A DNA stretch of 64,000 nucleotides from Lingula anatina (lineage: Eukaryota > Animalia > Brachiopoda). Shown in pieces: positions 62,101-64,000 of the stretch. The stretch spans positions 12,214,001-12,278,000 of the forward strand of contig CM120649.1 in NCBI GenBank assembly GCA_051362555.1, read 5' to 3'. Within the stretch, counting starts at the first letter, position 1. Each line of letters opens with the position of its first letter. The notes under the pieces were generated by a model. That model was not told the DNA's origin and searched no databases. It saw nothing but the letters and a program-made list of their open reading frames with translations. A program made the position numbers and the translations under genes.

Positions 62101-64000
62101 GAGACGATGTCAGATTATGGGGTACAAAGGTAAAATTGACATATCGGCAAGATTTCTCTTTTATTTCAGCTCTTCATTACCTTCTTTATTCTGGTAATGT
62201 AATACCAACTGTTGATGCTGCTATTGTGTACCTTAAGCAAAACTATTTCACATCAAGTGCTCAGGTAAATAATGTTGCACAACAGCATAACTCTTAATTG
62301 ATTCTCCCGTTATCATAATGAATCCCCTGTTATGATGATGATGATCCTACTTTTCACCTTGGGCCGCACACATAGTGCTCAGCTAAAGACAATCTCAGGT
62401 AAAATTGCCAACTGTTACATTTTTGTGGGTTCGAAAATAGCCTAATGGCCAATTTTCAAACTGTACGAAATTCACAAAAATCACGATCATGCAAAACGGC
62501 TTACTGGTCGATATTCACATGCTCAAAAAAACTCCAGACAGCCAATTTTAAGATCGTTCGAAGTTTATGAGCCGTTCAAAATTCACAGCACATTACCATA
62601 AGCATGGCAGACACATAACAATTCCAGGCTCCAGAAAGTGACATTCCCCATTAAATTACAACAACTGCATCAATTATAACATGACATCACCTTGCTCCTT
62701 TAATTTCTAGTCTATCCAAGTTCCTTGTTTCATAGGTGCAGCAATTTTAACCACTTATTTATAAACATGGCATCTTTCCAATGGACCAATAACTTTCTTG
62801 CTCCAGTTATGTTGTATTGCGTCTTTGTTTTTAGATGAAATACCCCAACTAAATCCACCTGTGTTGACTTGTTCTATTAAGAATGGCTAGAATTCTTGGC
62901 TCTCAGCAAATGATAACATTTCTTGTGCTCTAGGTTATATAACTGCCATTGCTACAACATAATAACACCTCTCTCACGTTGTTAAAAATGTGCATTTTGT
63001 GAGTTATTAATTTTTGGGATAAACTACCGGAATGTTTCATAAGTTGAAAAAAAATTGTTTCAAATTTCATTTTATTCAATCTCATAACAACATCCCATTG
63101 AGTCAGCAAGTTGCCAACTTTATATTTCAACTGATCATCATTAAACACTGTTTAGATAAAATGTAATTTTTATTTAGACATTCCTACTAGGAGCTTATTT
63201 TCAACCACTAACCCTATTTAAACTGAACAATTCTTATTACAGGCAGTTCAAATTTAGTTAATTCCCTGAGGAAGATGCTCTTATACAACACAGATATCAA
63301 ATATTAGAGTCAATACAATATACAGTGTCAATACAGCTGTTGGTTGAAGAAAAAATGCCAGTACCTCTATTCTTATACCATAACACAGGTGATGAAATTC
63401 TCCTCTGAATAATTGTCACTTTTTCCCCCTTTACACAACTGTCCTTCAAGTTTCTTACTAATAGTGACAAAGTTGCACACACCTGCCCATGAAATTAGCG
63501 GGTGACTAAGTAAAAACATGCAAGTCAACAGAGATGCTGCACCAAGCCACCATAAGGCAACAGCATTCTATAGATCTACAGAATATGAAACTTTCTTTCA
63601 GCATTAATAAATAAGATCCACTTTAAGTAATATGAACAGGTGATGTTAGGGAAACAAATCTTTAAAAAAAATCAACAAAAAAAAAAAAAAAAAAATCAAA
63701 AAATAAAAATTGCACATGACTAGTAACCTAACTGATTCAGGTAATGTAGAAAATCTTTTTCTGACTTGAGCTCTTTCAAGGTAACGTGGAATGAATGTCC
63801 AGACAATGAGGTCTTAAATAAATAAATAAATAAGTACTCACCTTAAAGTGGTCATATATATGATAAAAACAACTTTACTTTAGCAGACCACCAACTTAAG
63901 ATGCATCCTCACATGATTTAAGACCAATTTCTACTCATGTTTCTTAATGAAATCAGTCCAAGCCCTTATAGTGTATTCTAAATGGGGAAACTATCACACT

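Overview
AT-rich animal genomic DNA with spliceosomal introns. A mollusc or other lophotrochozoan is inferred from gene content and repeat types. The supplied ORF track is mostly spurious, so exons were assembled by hand from splice sites and reading-frame phase. There are two minus-strand genes in tandem. (1) The 5' part of an LRCH-family gene (leucine-rich repeat and calponin homology): 8 exons, 14034 down to 434, 403 codons, continuing past the left edge. (2) The central and 3' part of a Drosophila-type timeless (tim1) clock gene: 16 phase-consistent exons, 57465 down to the stop at 21277, 671 aa; its N-terminal exons were not found. The non-coding DNA is rich in transposons: five co-oriented Helentron-type non-autonomous elements (HINEs) with 146-bp tandem arrays, each unit carrying a RORE+DR1 nuclear-receptor motif; a TIR element with no TSD at AAA^TTT (Spy-like); hAT-like elements with 5- and 6-bp TSDs; Harbinger-like MITEs; a tRNA-derived SINE; and a LINE RT fragment. 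The most unusual pattern is that tandem repeats or duplications are seeded on exon-intron junctions at five places in the two genes, creating arrays of decoy splice sites.
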